From the human T2T-CHM13v2.0 reference genome, Homo sapiens, in contig CP068257.2 of NCBI GenBank assembly GCA_009914755.4, positions 17,408,001 through 17,472,000 on the forward strand: a stretch of 64,000 nucleotides of DNA, read 5' to 3'. A model generated the notes under the pieces. That model saw only the letters and a program-made list of their open reading frames with translations, made no database searches and was not told the DNA's origin. Positions within the stretch are counted from its first letter, which is position 1; every line of letters begins with the position of its first letter. Both the position numbers and the translations under genes were made by a program. Below, one piece after another: positions 1 to 13,590 of the stretch.

Positions 1-1289
1 TCAGGTTTTGACTCTGAGTGAGATGAAAGCTGTTGGCTGGTTTTGAACAGAGGAGTGATATGTTCTGATTGACAGTTTAATAGGATAATTTTAGTGCTCT
101 CTGGGAAGTAGGTTTTATGAGGGCAAAGGTGGAAGGGAGACCATCCAACACGCTATTGTAATAATCCAGTTGAGAGATTATTGTGTTTGGGCTAGGGTGG
201 TAGTAGACCAAAGGTGGAAATGCGTTAGACTCTGGACATATTTTAAAGATAAAATGAAGAGTATTTGCTCATAGATTGGATGGGAGATGTGAAGGAAAAA
301 GTAGAGACAAGAATGAGTCATGGTCCTAGCTCTAGAAAATGAAAGATGAAGTTTCCATTAACTCATGAGGAAAAAGTAGTAAGTGTGAGGGCCATAGCAC
401 ACATCTTAAATTCGTTTTTGTTACTGCTAAATTTGAGATGCTCATACATTTAAGTCAAAATGCCAAAGGAGTATTTTTCTATGTTTTATCAAATGATGAG
501 AGGAACAAGGATAGAAGAGTAGAATTCAGAGTTTGAGTTTGGTTTTGGATATAGGATCCTGAATTCTGGGAAGTAAGGAAATGTTGATTTTAAAAAAGTT
601 AAAGCCACAGTGGCAAATAAAAATGGAGCCACAGCTATGCCACACTTCTTCACTCAACATAAATTGATGAAGGGCAGTCATAGGATGAAGATGTGCTGTC
701 ACACAGTCATTTATCCAAGAACTGATTGTGAATTTACAAATCTATCATCCATTGTTTTTACTTTTCTTTCTTTTTTTATGGGATATGACTGTTAAGAATT
801 CATGCATTCAACATACATTCAGGTTCTAATTGCCTGATAGTTACTCAACAGTCTGAACCTCTTGAATGCAGGAGATTTAACAAGACAGATAGATATGGAT
901 TCTTACAAAACTTTTAACTTTCTATTGGAGACTATAAACAAATAGTCATTATAAAAGGCTGTACATTTTATGATAGAAAAATAAAGTCTTAGGAAAGAAT
1001 CCATAGCATCTATGTACTCCATCTAGGAAAAAAAATCTTCCAAAACAAGTAGCTCTTAAATTAAACTTTATCCTCTTATTCCCTTATGATTTGAAAAAAT
1101 TCTACTGTCTCTTTTATTACCCCTTCCAAGCTTATCAAAATTTGAGAATGTAAGAAATCTTATCTAAATTGAATTTAAAAGAAATTACAAATTCATCTTT
1201 ATTACTTTTTTTAATTGCAAACAAAATGTCACTGTAGTGTTATCTTGTTCAGCGAGAATTTTTTTTACGTTGTTATGGACTGAATGTTT

Positions 1290-1625
1290 GTGATCCCTTC
1301 CCCAATTTCATATGTTGAAACCCTACCCTTCAATGTGATGGTAAAAGGAGGTGGGGCCTACAGGAAGTAATTAGGATCAGATGAGGTCATGAGCTCAGGA
1401 TCCTCGTGAATGGGATTAGTATTCTTATAAGAGTGCTGAGAGAGCTGCTTTTCACCATGTTAGGATACAGTGAGAAGACCAAGTTCTGTAACCTGAAAGA
1501 AGGGTCTCTCCAAAACCTGAACGTGCTGGTACCCTGATCCTGGACTTCTAACCTACAGAACTGGAAAAAAAAATTCTATTGCTTAAAAGCCATGTAATCT
1601 ATGGTATTTTTGTTTATAGAAATGT
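1290..1625 (+). mobile_element. MLT1-type ERVL-MaLR LTR (partial)
   Basis: Contains catatgttgaaaccctacccttcaatgtgatggtaaaaggaggtggggcc ... and ends ccatgtaatctatggtatttttgtttatag. These are the hallmark 5' and 3' motifs of the MLT1 LTR consensus as I remember it. Confidence 0.6.
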
Positions 1626-2869
1626 AAAACAAGACAGAAAACTGGCAATGAGAAGTGAGGGTGCTGCTGTAAAAAAATATCTAAAAATGTGGATGTGCTT
1701 TTGGACTAGGTATGGCTAGAGGCTGGAGATATTTTAAGGTGCATGCTAAAAGAAGGTCTACATTGCCATGAAGGAAGGAAGTTTCCTGAGTTGTAGAAAA
1801 TTTATATCTCAAAGGGGCAAAGAAAGAATTTAAATTGAAAATTTCCTGAAGTAAAGCTCTCAGGAAAAGGTAGTCAGGAGCCTATAATCATGTTTTTGCT
1901 GGAACAAACACTAAATACTTTAGGCAGTTAGGCTTTTTTAGGCAGGCGCGTTAAGGAGTATACGGTCATTCTAAAGGAATGAGCTTGGGCCAATAGAAGT
2001 CACCCTAGAGTTTGGTCAAGTCTGTTAATGCAGGGTGTGGAGAATGAGTGTGGACAATCATTTATGCTGAGAATTTTGTGGTTCTCATGGATTGTTTTTG
2101 AGATAATTAACTTCATTACAATATTGAATTTTCTCATGCATGAACATGGAATACCTATTTATATAATTGTTCTTTAATTTGACTTAGTTATGGGGTTTTT
2201 TTTAGTTTTTAGCATACTGTTTGTGAAATTATCTTACTAAATGTAACTTTATACATTTTGTTTCATTGCTATTTTGTTTCAATTTCTATTTTTTTGTTTC
2301 TAATACATTAGCAATAAAGTTGATTATTTTATTCTAACCTAATATCCATTTACTGTGGAATCTTCGTAAACTTAATTTTTAGTTGTTACACCTTTTTAGT
2401 TAAATACCTTTGGATTTTCTATATGCATAACCAGGTTATCTCTGAATTATGATAGTTCTAATTTGTTTCTACTCTGTAAGCTTTTTATTTTCATTTCTTT
2501 CCTTATAGTACTGAATCAGACCCAATGCATAATATTGCCTAAAAGTGATAAGGATGGACAACCTTAACTTGTTCTCAAACTTACGGGAAAAGCATTCAGT
2601 CTTTTATGGTTAAAAATGATCTCAGCTCTGGAGCTTTTCATAATTTTTTCCCAGGTTGAGCATGTTTCCTTCTACTTTTAGTTTGCTAAGAACTTTTTTC
2701 ATTAAAGAATCTATAAAATAATCTTACGGCTTTGCACATTAATTTGTTCATATGATTATTCAAAAAACTGAATATTTTAAAATGCTAAACCAACCTTGCC
2801 TTCCCGGAATAAACTGTACATTATCATGATGCATTATTCTTTTTAAATTATTGGAGTTGAATTACTGCT

Positions 2870-2962
2870 GTTTTTCGTTTTTTTTTGTTTGTTTGTTTGT
2901 TTTTTGAGATGGAGTCTTGCTCTGTCGCCCAGGCTGGAGTGCAATGGTGCGATCTCAGGCTG
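2870..2962 (-). mobile_element. Alu fragment (3' arm only, antisense)
   Basis: ttttgagatggagtcttgctctgtcgcccaggctggagtgcaatggtgcgatctcaggc is the reverse complement of the Alu right-arm end. A T-rich tail precedes it. Confidence 0.65.
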
Positions 2963-3109
2963 TTGTTTTAAATAAAGAATTAGTTCTCTCTGTGTAACTG
3001 TTTTTGAGTGTGACATTTGCTTTCTTGTGAACTTAGAAAGAAAATTACACCATTTGTTCTCCTGGGTTTCTGGCTTGCAGACAGCTAATTATGAGACTTC
3101 TCAGCCTCC

Positions 3110-3196
3110 ATAATTGCATGAGCAAGATCTTTATAATTAGTCTATCTATTTATCATAATTGCATGAGCAAGATCTTTATAATTAGTCTTTCTATGT
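3110..3196. repeat. Tandem duplication, ~45-bp unit x2
   Basis: cataattgcatgagcaagatctttataattagtct occurs twice in tandem. Confidence 0.85.
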
Positions 3197-3230
3197 AATA
3201 TATATATACTTAGACAAATATATATATATA

Positions 3231-3425
3231 TTTGTTTACATTTGAGTTTAATGAGTTTAAGTCTAGACCCTATATTTTATGGGGTTCAGAAGCGGAAATC
3301 TGCCATCTTAAATTTTGTTTTTCCACAGTATTCCCTACGGTGCCCTTCACACTGATGTATGAACTCAAGACAGGCCCACTTCTCTGCAGAAGAATGTCCT
3401 AATATCAAGTAAATAAGTATTCTCT
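3231..3425 (+). repeat. ~195-bp low-copy direct repeat, copy A (unclassified)
   Basis: About 96% identical to 6095-6289 (8 mismatches, several at CpG positions). No match to any repeat consensus I recall. Confidence 0.9.
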
Positions 3426-3689
3426 ATTATATATATATATAAAATATAATATATAAATTTGATAAAATATATAATAATTAATTAATTATATAATAGAAGG
3501 CTGTGATTGGACCCCCAATGGTAATCCAACATCCACCAAAAATATTTATGTAATAGAAAAATTTTAAAGGTGACATTTGACGTTTCGATTATATATTTAA
3601 GAATACATTATGATGTTTTGATATACATACGTAGTTAACTGATTACAAAAGTCAAGTAAATTAACCTACTTATCAGCTCACATAGTTAC

Positions 3690-4810
3690 CTTTCTCTTCT
3701 TTTGTGTGGTGAGAATATCTAAAATCCATTCTTTTAGCAAATTAACAGTACGCAATACAATATTATTAACTGTAGTCCTTGCACTGTACATTAGATCTCT
3801 ATTGAGTGATGGATATCTTCATGGGGTGGTGATTTTATTTCTTTTGGTTGTATAACCAGAGTAACCAGAAGAAGGATTGCTGGATCATATAGTAGTTCTA
3901 CTTTAAATTTATTTATAGAAACCTCCATATAATGGCAACATGAACCTACATTTCCAACAACAATGTACATGAGTTCTTTTTACTGCATACCCTCACTGAC
4001 ATTTGTTATTTCTTGCCTTTTTTTATAGTAGTAATTCTAAAAAGTGTGAGGTGATATCTCATTGTGGCTTTTGATTTGCATTTCCCTGTTGAATCCCTGA
4101 TGTTGAACATCTTTTTGTGTATCTGTTTGCCATTTCTATGTCTTCAGAGAAATGTCCCTTCAGATTGTTAGCCTTTGGTTATTTGCTGTGGAGCTGTGTG
4201 AGTTACTTACACTTTTTGGACATTAATCCGTTATCTGATATATGGTTTACAGGTATCTTCTCTTACTCTGTGGGCTGCCTTTTCACTTTATTGATTATTT
4301 CCTTTGCTGTAAAAAGAAAACCGTTTAGTTTGATGTAGTCTAACTTGTTTACTCTTGCTTTGTTGCCTGTGCTTTTAGGGTCATTTGGGGATCAAAAATT
4401 GTTGCCAAGGCCAACACCAAGGAGCTTTTTTCCTATGTTTTCTTCTAGGAATTTTAAGGTTTCAAGTCTTAGGTTTATATCTTTAATCCATTTTGAGTTA
4501 ATTTTTGTATATGGATAAGATAAGTATTCAGTTTCATTCTTTTCATATAGATATCCAGTTTTTCCAACACAATTTTTCAATAAGAGATGTTTTCATCCAT
4601 TGTGTCTTCTTAGTGGCTTTATTGAAGATTAACTGACCATATACACTTGAGTTTGTTTCTGGGCTCCCTATTCTGTTTCATTGTTCTATGTATTTGTTTT
4701 TATGCCAGTGCCATACTGTTTTTATTACTATTGTTTTGTGGTATAATTTAAAATCATAATGTGTGATGCTTCCAACTGTTTCTTTATCAAGATAACTGAC
4801 TTTTGTGCCT
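3690..4810 (-). mobile_element. Old L1 (L1M/L1PB-like) ORF2-3' end fragment, antisense
   Basis: Antisense L1 motifs: gtgaggtgatatctcattgtggcttttgatttgcatttccctg, ctttaatccattttgagttaatttttgtatatgg, tgccagtgccatactgtttttattact. Confidence 0.7.
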
Positions 4811-5640
4811 CTACAATATAGATAATCTAACTTAACTCTAACTTGCTATAAATGTACCAATCAGCCAATCTTCAAGGTCTTGATCAATAATGTGGTTTAA
4901 ATTATTGCACCTCACTTTCTACAAAAACATAAATATGACATTACATTGATGACATTCTTCTCCAAGGAGGTTCACTTGCCACACTCATTCAGGACATACA
5001 AAATACTCAAAATGGATCTAACAAAAAAGACATTAACCGTTGTCCCATTATCAGTAAATACCTCTTTACCCTCTTAACACCACTTAACATTGTGAATGCT
5101 AACAAGGTCAACAGGTATTTCTTGACGACAGGACAATTGTTGATCTTTTTTTTCTCAATTGATTTTGTGCTTCTACAACAGAAGTTATATCAATTAACTC
5201 CTAACAAGTGCTAAGATGTACCAATTGGCAAACATTCAGTGGATACTGAGATTCAAATTACCAGAGCCAATAAATATTTATATACTCTCTTGGTGCATGT
5301 GTGACATCATCAGCCTTGACTTGTGAATTAATTTTGAGTAGCAGGAATTGATCCTGCCTCATGAGTATAGCCACAAGGTACATTGTGAAGTGTCTGAATT
5401 GCTATATTCCTTTAAAGAGCATTGAAGTTTGTTTTTGTGTGCAATGAATTTATTTGCTTACCAGTGTAACCATTTGGAAGCTTTGTGCCATGCTTTGTTT
5501 TACTGTTTCAATAAAACTTTACTTTGTATAGTTTTGCACTTCTACCAAGCTGGTACCCTTCTAGTTTCTCTATTAAATGCCCTGGATAAACCATAAGGAT
5601 GGAGCTCAAATATCTACATGCTCTCTGTAACCTTTGGGAA
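4790..5640 (+). mobile_element. Candidate LTR-like element with a partial 5' duplication (unclassified)
   Basis: Two homologous ~90-bp segments (4790-4880 and 5160-5250, motif tgtaccaat..gcc). These are followed by aataaaactttactttg (polyA-signal-like) and ctaccaagctgg. I could not assign a family. Confidence 0.25.
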
Positions 5641-6094
5641 TTACTCAACTCATAGTTTCCTTGTCATTTTTGCCTGACCTTATAGAATTTCACCATACAC
5701 ACAGAGAACTTAGTGTCCAACAAAGATACAAGAGGACCTCTATGAAGATATCCGAAACATTTTCTGGGTACATTTAATCTTTCCAGAACTTCTTCCTCCA
5801 AAGTTCATACACTACAGCCTTCCTAAACTTTTATTTCTGTCATCTCAACCAAATATATTAGTAGACTCTCTCTGAGATCACTGTTTTAGTCTAAGGCCAT
5901 ACCACCCAAATGTGCCTGATCTCATTTGAGAACATTGTTTTGTGCTCCAGGAGCCAAAAATATGTCTGCAGGCAGACATCTGAGAAAGCTGTAGTGCCTT
6001 CCAAACTCATTTCCTTCTCTTGAGGTTCACAGAAAGAACCTTGTTATCTACAGACTGAAACCTATTACTTTATATATTTTGTTTTGATGTTTTG

Positions 6095-6289
6095 TTTGTT
6101 TGCATTTGAGTTTAATGAGTTTAAGTCTAGACCCTATATTTTATGGTGCTCAGAAGCAGAAATCTACCATCTTAAATTTTGTTTTTCCACAGTATTCCCT
6201 ACTGTGCCCTTCACACTGATGTATGAACTCAAGACAGGCCCACTTCTCTGCCGAAGAATGTCCTAATACCAAGTAAATAAGTATTCTCT
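6095..6289 (+). repeat. ~195-bp low-copy direct repeat, copy B (unclassified)
   Basis: Near-identical to 3231-3425. Flanking sequence is non-homologous. Confidence 0.9.
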
Positions 6290-6484
6290 GAACAGAGCTT
6301 GGAAAGGAGCTTGGGAAAGAGCTAAGTTGTATCAGAATCACTCAAATAGGAATTAAAAATATTTCTAACAATGTAAACAATATATGTAAGCCTAACAAAT
6401 TCAATTAACAAGTATTGGATGTATCCTTGTGCCAAAAATACTATAAAGACAATGAGCAAAGTAATGGTGAAATACCGTCTGGTT

Positions 6485-6525
6485 TACACACACACACATA
6501 CACACGAAAACATACACACACACGT
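6485..6525. repeat. (CA)n microsatellite, interrupted
   Basis: cacacacacatacacacgaaaacatacacacacacg. Confidence 0.9.
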
Positions 6526-7351
6526 ATATAAACTGAATTTTACATATTACAAAAAAAATCCAGGATTATAAAAGTTTCAGCTACTGCTTTTAAATTGATT
6601 TTGTTTTGCATTTAAAAACAAGAACTAAAAAGGAATATAAAAATGGAGGGGAGGGGAGGCGGTGACATTCTAAGTGGAACGAAAATGTTGCCAGACCCTT
6701 TTCTCAGCAATTCTTTCATCTGGATCAGTAGATGCAATCTGAGTAGGAAAACAGCTTTCATTTGCCAGTTATTTTCATCACCTAGCTGTTGGTATAAATT
6801 ATTTAACAATTCAGTTGTGTGCATGCTGAGCATGGTGTATAAACTAGTCTGCCTGATTCATATTTGTGAAGTGTATGCCATGCATTTGAGGTTGTTGCAA
6901 AATAATATTTCAAAAGTTCAATATGCACATTAAAATAAACTCAACTCATAGGAAAAGTGTGCAAATATTTGATATCATTAAAATCTCTGTAGTTACTGTT
7001 TTTAAGAATAAAATGTTACATATGATATGTATAATTTTAAATTACAGGCATGCTTTATTTTATTGCAGTTTACTTTATTGTATTTATCAGATACTGTGTT
7101 TTTTACAAATCCAACGTTTGTGATAACCCTGCATCAAACAAGTTGAAGAGCACCATTTTTCCAACGGCATGTGCTTATTTCATGTCTCTCTGCTACATTT
7201 TACTATGTATTGCAATATTTCAAACTTTTTCATTACTATTATGTCTTTTATGGTGATCTGTGATCAGTGATCTTAGCTCTTCCTAATGTAATTGTTTTGG
7301 GGAGCCATGAAATATGCTCATATAAGATGGCAAATTTAACTTATAAATGCT

Positions 7352-7924
7352 GTGTGTGTTTTGACTTCTCCAGTAATTGACTGTTTCCCTATCTCTTTCC
7401 CTCTCCTCAGAACTGCAAATTCCATGAGGCACAACGATATTAAAATTAGATCAGTTAATAACCCTACATTGGTCTCCAAGTGTTCAAGGGAAAGGAAGAG
7501 TCATACATCTCTCACTCTAAATCAAAAGCTAGAAATGACTGAAGCTTAGTGAGGAAGGCATGCCAAAAACTTAGGCCAAAAGCTATGCCTTTTGTGTCAA
7601 ACAGCCAAGTTGTAAATACAAAGAAAAATTTCTTGAGAGAAAATAAATGTGCTAATGTAGTGAAGACAGAAATAGTAAAATAAAAAAATAGCTTTATTGT
7701 TGATATGGAAAATTAGTTTTAGGTGTCTGGATAGGAGATTAAACCAGCCACAACATTCCCATAAACTCAAACCTAATCTGGAGAAAGACCCTAACTCTCT
7801 TCAATTCTGTGTCTTCCAGAGAGGTGAGAAAGCTTCCGAAGAAAGGTTGGAAGCTAGCAGAGGCTGGTTCTTAAATTTTAAGAAAATAAATGATTTCTAT
7901 AATATAAAGTATAAGATGAATTAG
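7352..7924 (+). pseudogene. Tigger1 pogo-like transposase remnants (ORFs 7352-7549 and 7697-7924)
   Basis: Translations are CENP-B/pogo-like N-terminal fragments (NNPTLVSKCSRERKSHTSLTLNQKLEM). They are broken by stops and frameshifts. Confidence 0.6.
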
Positions 7925-8491
7925 CAAATGCTGGTAGAGAAGCTCTACAGCAAGTTATCCAAGCAATCTAGCTAAGATATTTTATGACGGCAGCTACACT
8001 AAACAACAGATATTTAATGTGGACAAAACAGCCTTCTATGGGAAGAAGATGCCATCTAGGACTTTCTAGCTTATCTAAAAGATAAGTGGATGCCTGGATT
8101 TAATGCTTAAAAAAACAGACTGACTCTTTAGTTAGGGGCTAATTCAGCCAATGCTCATTTACCATTCTGAAAAATCCTAGGGCCCTTAGGAATTATGCTA
8201 AAATATACTCTCTCTGTGTTTATTAAATAGAACAAAGCCTGATGACAGTACGTTTGTTTACAACGTGATTTACTAATTATTTTAAGCCCATTGTTGAGGT
8301 CTACTGCTCAGAAAAAAATATTCCTTTCAAAATATTACTGTGCACTGACAATGTACCTGGTCACCCAGAAACTGTGATGGAGATGCACAAGGAGATTAAT
8401 TTTGTTTTCATGCCTACTAATAAAACCTCCATTCTATAGCCCATGGATTAAGAAATAATGTCAGATTTCAAGTCTTTAAGTATAAAATTGT

Positions 8492-8887
8492 TTAAAACTT
8501 AATTTTTAAAAATTCTTTTAACTTTTATTTTAAGTTCAGGGTTAAGTACAGGTTTGTAACATAGCTAAACTTATGCCATAGGAACTTGTTGTACAGATTA
8601 TTTCATCACCCAGGTATTAAGCCTACCCATTAGTTACTTTTCCTGATCCTCTTCCACCTCCCAGCTTCCACCCGCTGAAAGGCCCCAGTGTATGTTTTTC
8701 CCCTCCCTCTATGTGTCCATGTGTTCTCATTATTTAGCTCCCACTTATAAGTAAGAACATGCAGTATTTAGTTTTTCATTCCTTTGTTAGTTTGCTAAGG
8801 ATAATGGTATCCAGCTCCATCCATGTCCCTGCAAAGGACATGATCTCATTCTTTTTCATGGCTATGTAGTATTCCATAGTGTATATG
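8492..8887 (-). mobile_element. L1 (L1P-type) 3' end fragment nested inside Tigger1
   Basis: Antisense L1 3' end: ttaagttcagggttaagtacaggtttgtaacatag ... catccatgtccctgcaaaggacatgatctcattctttttcatggctatgtagtattccatagtgtatatg. Tigger1 sequence resumes immediately afterwards. Confidence 0.75.
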
Positions 8888-9177
8888 TCTTATTATTTAA
8901 AGAACACATTTTGTAACGCTGTAGCTGCCATAGACAGTAATTCTTTTAATGGATCTGAGAAAAGTAAATTTAAAGCCTTCTGGAAAAAATTCACCATTCT
9001 AGATGTTATTAATAACATTCATGATTCATGAAAGGAGGTCCAAATATCAACATTAATAGGAATTTGGAAGAAGTTGATTCCAAACCTCATGAATGACTTT
9101 GAAGGGTTCAAGACTTCAGAGGAGGAAGCAACTGCAGATGTGGTAAAAATAGCAAGAGAACTAGAATTAGACATAGA

Positions 9178-9461
<284 letters not shown>

Positions 9462-11557
9462 TTAAGTAACAGTGAACATTGATCACGTCAATACATTTTT
9501 AAAATATTTCCACTAGTAGCCGTGTGAAAGATGAACTGAGAATGGAGAAGGAGATGTAACTGGGAGCTGAAAGCCCAGAATGGAAAGATCAATTGGAAGA
9601 TCGATACAGTAAGTCCAGCAAGAAATCATATAATCTTAACCAAAGCAATGGCACTGGAGAAGGAAAACTAAAAAGATTTCAGAAATATTTAAAAGGAAGA
9701 ATGCAAAAAAATGGTTACTACAATGAAATAAATATAAGAAATAAGCCAGGAAAAGTAAAAGCCACGTAGCCACATGACTTGTCATGTCATAAAATCAATT
9801 TACCAGATTTCAAAGTCGTGCCTAATATGAAGCACAATTTGAATGTGTCCTTTTCTTTCCCCTATTTTTTTATCCAGCTAAATCTCATTCACAGTTTGGG
9901 TCTTAGTGCAAACATTACATCTGTATGGAAATTTTGTTTAAATACAATGGCCTGTATTAGGTCCACATTTATTTGTTTCCATATTACCTTTCTCCAACTA
10001 TAATCATAGTATCATGTATATTTTTCAATTTTGTTGTTCTTCACTGGAATGTAAGATCCATGAATAAAGGGTCTTTGTCTATATCAATTCACTTAGACCC
10101 CCTAGTTGCTAACATGGCAATTTAAGCAGTATAATCATGATAAATATTTATAAAAGAAATAACTAATAAACTAAGAAATTAGAAAAAACAATCCTGAATA
10201 TTGTAGATGTATAAATACTATGAATTATGCTTTTAAATGTAAGAGGCAAAATCTACATTTCCTGTGACTTAAATCTGAATAATAAATTCCTGCAATTTAT
10301 ACCTTGGGGGCAATCCTAAAAGGACATTTTGGACTGCTATGGCCATGATATATGTGATTTCTTTAATCATGTCTCCCCTGTGAGTTATATTACTTGCTTT
10401 AAAGAGTGTGGGGGCAGCCATTTTGCTTCTCAGAGCAGTTCAAGTGTTAGTTTTGATATGTAGCTTAGTCCTTAGCTATCTTTAAGATCATTTTTCTTCA
10501 CATATGCAGCTATAACCTTTGAGAATTTTGAGTGTTTCTAATCTAATATTCCTTGAATTAGAGAGCTGAGAGCTGAATGAGAAGTATTCAAGGAGAAAGA
10601 TGCTTACCATAATATGATTCTTAGTTCAAAAATTCATTCATCCATAGCTTTAAAAAGACCCAATACACTGACCTTCAGGTCAGGGGAACAAGTCACATTT
10701 TATTGAGAAGGACGATTTGAGCCTATAAAAATGTCCTGTAGTTTATCATTTCTCTTTAAAGAAATAATAGCTTTAAAGTGTAGTAACTGTGGACCCAAAG
10801 GAAACATTTTTTTGGATCATTTTACCATAACATTTTTTAAAAGGCCCAGAGAGTAATGGAAAGTAGATAACCCCCCCTCCCCATATCTGTCTATTGAATA
10901 AATAGGCAAACCTAGCCTGCTTCTTTATGTAGCAAATCATTATAAGTCTGATCAGCTTTCACTGGCATAACTGCTAAGAAATATGGTCTATTTCTTTCTT
11001 TGTAGCTTTGAAGCCACAAAGGAATTTATTTCTTTATCAATTTTAACTATGTTAATAAGACAAAATAAGCAAAGTAACAACATTATAAATTTATTTTGAA
11101 AGTGTTAAGTAAGATATCCAGATATTTAGATATTTAAAAGCACCTGGATTAAAAACAAACAAAAAACATTATGTGTGTTATTTTCATGGGAATATACAGA
11201 ATTAGCATTTGAAAGACATGGCCCTAATCCTGATTTTGTTTGTTCCTGCCTGTTAAATGGGTAAAATAAAATCAGTCCCACTTTTTTTCTGTGTATAATA
11301 AGAGAAGTATATTAGATGTGTCTACTCAATCAATTTCTTAGTCATAAGAAACAAAACCTATTCTAATTTGTTAACAAAAAAGGAAACATATAGAAGGATA
11401 TTATGTAATATACCTTATCACCATGAAGTCATGAGAATTATAGAGCCTCCCTAGCTGGGAATAATACTCCATTGCCACTACAAGAACATCATTGCTACTG
11501 GGAACCAAATGGCACCATTTCTGTCTCTGCCACTGCTGTGTCTGAAAGAGGCACATC

Positions 11558-11690
11558 GGCTGGGCCGTGGCTCATTGCTGTAATACCAGCACTTTGGGAA
11601 GCTAAGGTGAGAGGATTGCTTGAGCCCAGGAGTTCAAGACGAGCCATGGTAACATAGCGAGATTCTGACTCTACAAAATAATAATTTTTT
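11558..11690 (+). mobile_element. Alu monomer-length fragment (FLAM-like)
   Basis: ggctgggccgtggctcattgctgtaataccagcactttgggaagctaaggtgagaggattgcttgagcccaggagttcaagac. Confidence 0.7.
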
Positions 11691-12984
11691 AAAACAGAAA
11701 AAGGAGAGTTTCTTCCCCCACTTTTACCAGAATGAGCTCCACTGTTGCTTCTGACTCAAAATCTCACTCACTGATGAGATTACAGAAGCCAGTTCACACA
11801 CCTGTGAAATATGCAAAGTAATTTTCTGGCCTGTATTTTGGGAAGGCATGGACTCAGCTCGTTATTTCTACAAATATATAAAGGGTGTTAGAAAGTTTTG
11901 GTGGCTACAAAACACAAAGTCAAGCTTCACTGTATACCCTTAGTCCTAAAATTATGGATATCTATTAATATATAAGGGATGTAATTTACAGGTAATTAAA
12001 ATTTTCACTTTGCATGGAGCTATTTTGACATCATAGAAATGCAATTTTGATCAACTACGCTAGCTAGGAATTCGACATATAAAGAGGTTTTTGTGCCACC
12101 CAATAGATTTTGCTACCTCAAGTTATGACAGTGCCAGTGCAATTAATTGAATGGATAAATGGTCAACCAGTTGTTCTGTCAAATGCTTCCTCCAGCCAAT
12201 TTAAGTAAAAGACAAAGGCAGATAGTTATTTATTGAATGATAAAGACAGAAATTTTAATTATACTTAAAGCTAGGGGTAAAAAAATTTTGATAAATATCC
12301 AGAACCCCAGAGCTGCATAAAGAATCACAAGATAAAATTACTTTTTAGATTTTGATAGTTTCTAGTTTGTTTTTTAATTTTTACACATTTTTGCATGTTA
12401 GGTAATCTATAAACATTTTTATGTTTTTTAACTAGGATACTTTAATTAGTATAGTGAATAAAATGTAAAATTATGAGATTAATTTGAGTCTAGTTGGCAA
12501 AATTAGATTTTTTTTCCTATTCCATGGAAATATTTACAGTTGTTCTAAAACCACAAAGTAAATTGTATTTAGAATTTTCCTGTGCATATCAGCTGCATTT
12601 TTACTAGAGTTGTGTGTCACTCAGTTGGTATAAATTTGGGTCCCTGTGGGTGCCCAGCTGTTCTTCTCTTGTTGTATATCTTGCAGATTGTATCTGAGCA
12701 TGGAACTTCTTTGAAGCTAACATTAATCTCATGCTAGGACCTGTTTAAAGGTGTGTGCACTTCTTTCCCTCCTCTCTACATCACACCACTCTTATGCCTA
12801 TAGTTTTATTTTATATTAATTTCCAGAAATATTCCTGGAGCAAAAATAAAGCCCATAAGGCCTGTATATGTAGTCTTTTAGTCAATCTAAAAACGTATCA
12901 TTTTAAAGAATATCTAGCTCATAATTTAATATTACAGATTGATTGAATCAGTTTGCAAATAAACTTTAAAATTATTTATATACA

Positions 12985-13360
12985 CACACACATATATATA
13001 TTTCAGATAAAAGAAATAACTACATCATTGGTTATATTCATAATTTTAAAAAAAATTTAATGGAGATGGGGGTCTTGCTATGTTGCCCAACCTGGTCTCA
13101 AACTTCTGGCCTCAAGCAATCCTCCCACCTCAGCCTCCCAAAGTGCTGGGATTCCAGACATAAGCCACCCACACCTGGCCTATATTCATAATTTGCCTTA
13201 CTCCTTTTATGTATTTATATTGCAGGTAAATGAAATAATTGCATTATTGGTCATGTTCATACTTTATCTTATTGCTTTTATATATTTATATTTCAAATAA
13301 ATTTAATAATTAAATCACTGGTCATATTCATACCTTGTCTTACTTCTCATTTCAGCGATT
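12985..13360. repeat. ~55-bp AT-rich tandem repeat, ~3 units, first unit split by an Alu
   Basis: Units are tttcagataaaagaaataactacatcattggttatattcataatt, tgcaggtaaatgaaataattgcattattggtcatgttcatactt and tttcaaataaatttaataattaaatcactggtcatattcatacctt. Confidence 0.5.
13043..13183 (-). mobile_element. Truncated Alu (antisense) with TSD tatattcataatt
   Basis: gagatgggggtcttgctatgttgcccaacctggtctcaaac...cctcccaaagtgctgggattccagacataagccacc. The flanking direct repeat tatattcataatt is present on both sides. Confidence 0.75.
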
Positions 13361-13555
13361 ATGCTGAATTCAATTGTCATTAAACATGAATCTTGGGTCC
13401 CAATTCTGACAGCCCCAACAAGACCATAAGAAGGAGGAAGTGGCACTTAAGTAATGCTTAACCAAATAAGCAAACAAACAAACAGAAACAAATATCCAAT
13501 ACGTAACTTCTTTAGATATCCTTTCTTTATTTAACTGTTGCCTTCTTTATTTCTT

Positions 13556-13559
13556 TTTC

Positions 13560-13590
<31 letters not shown>

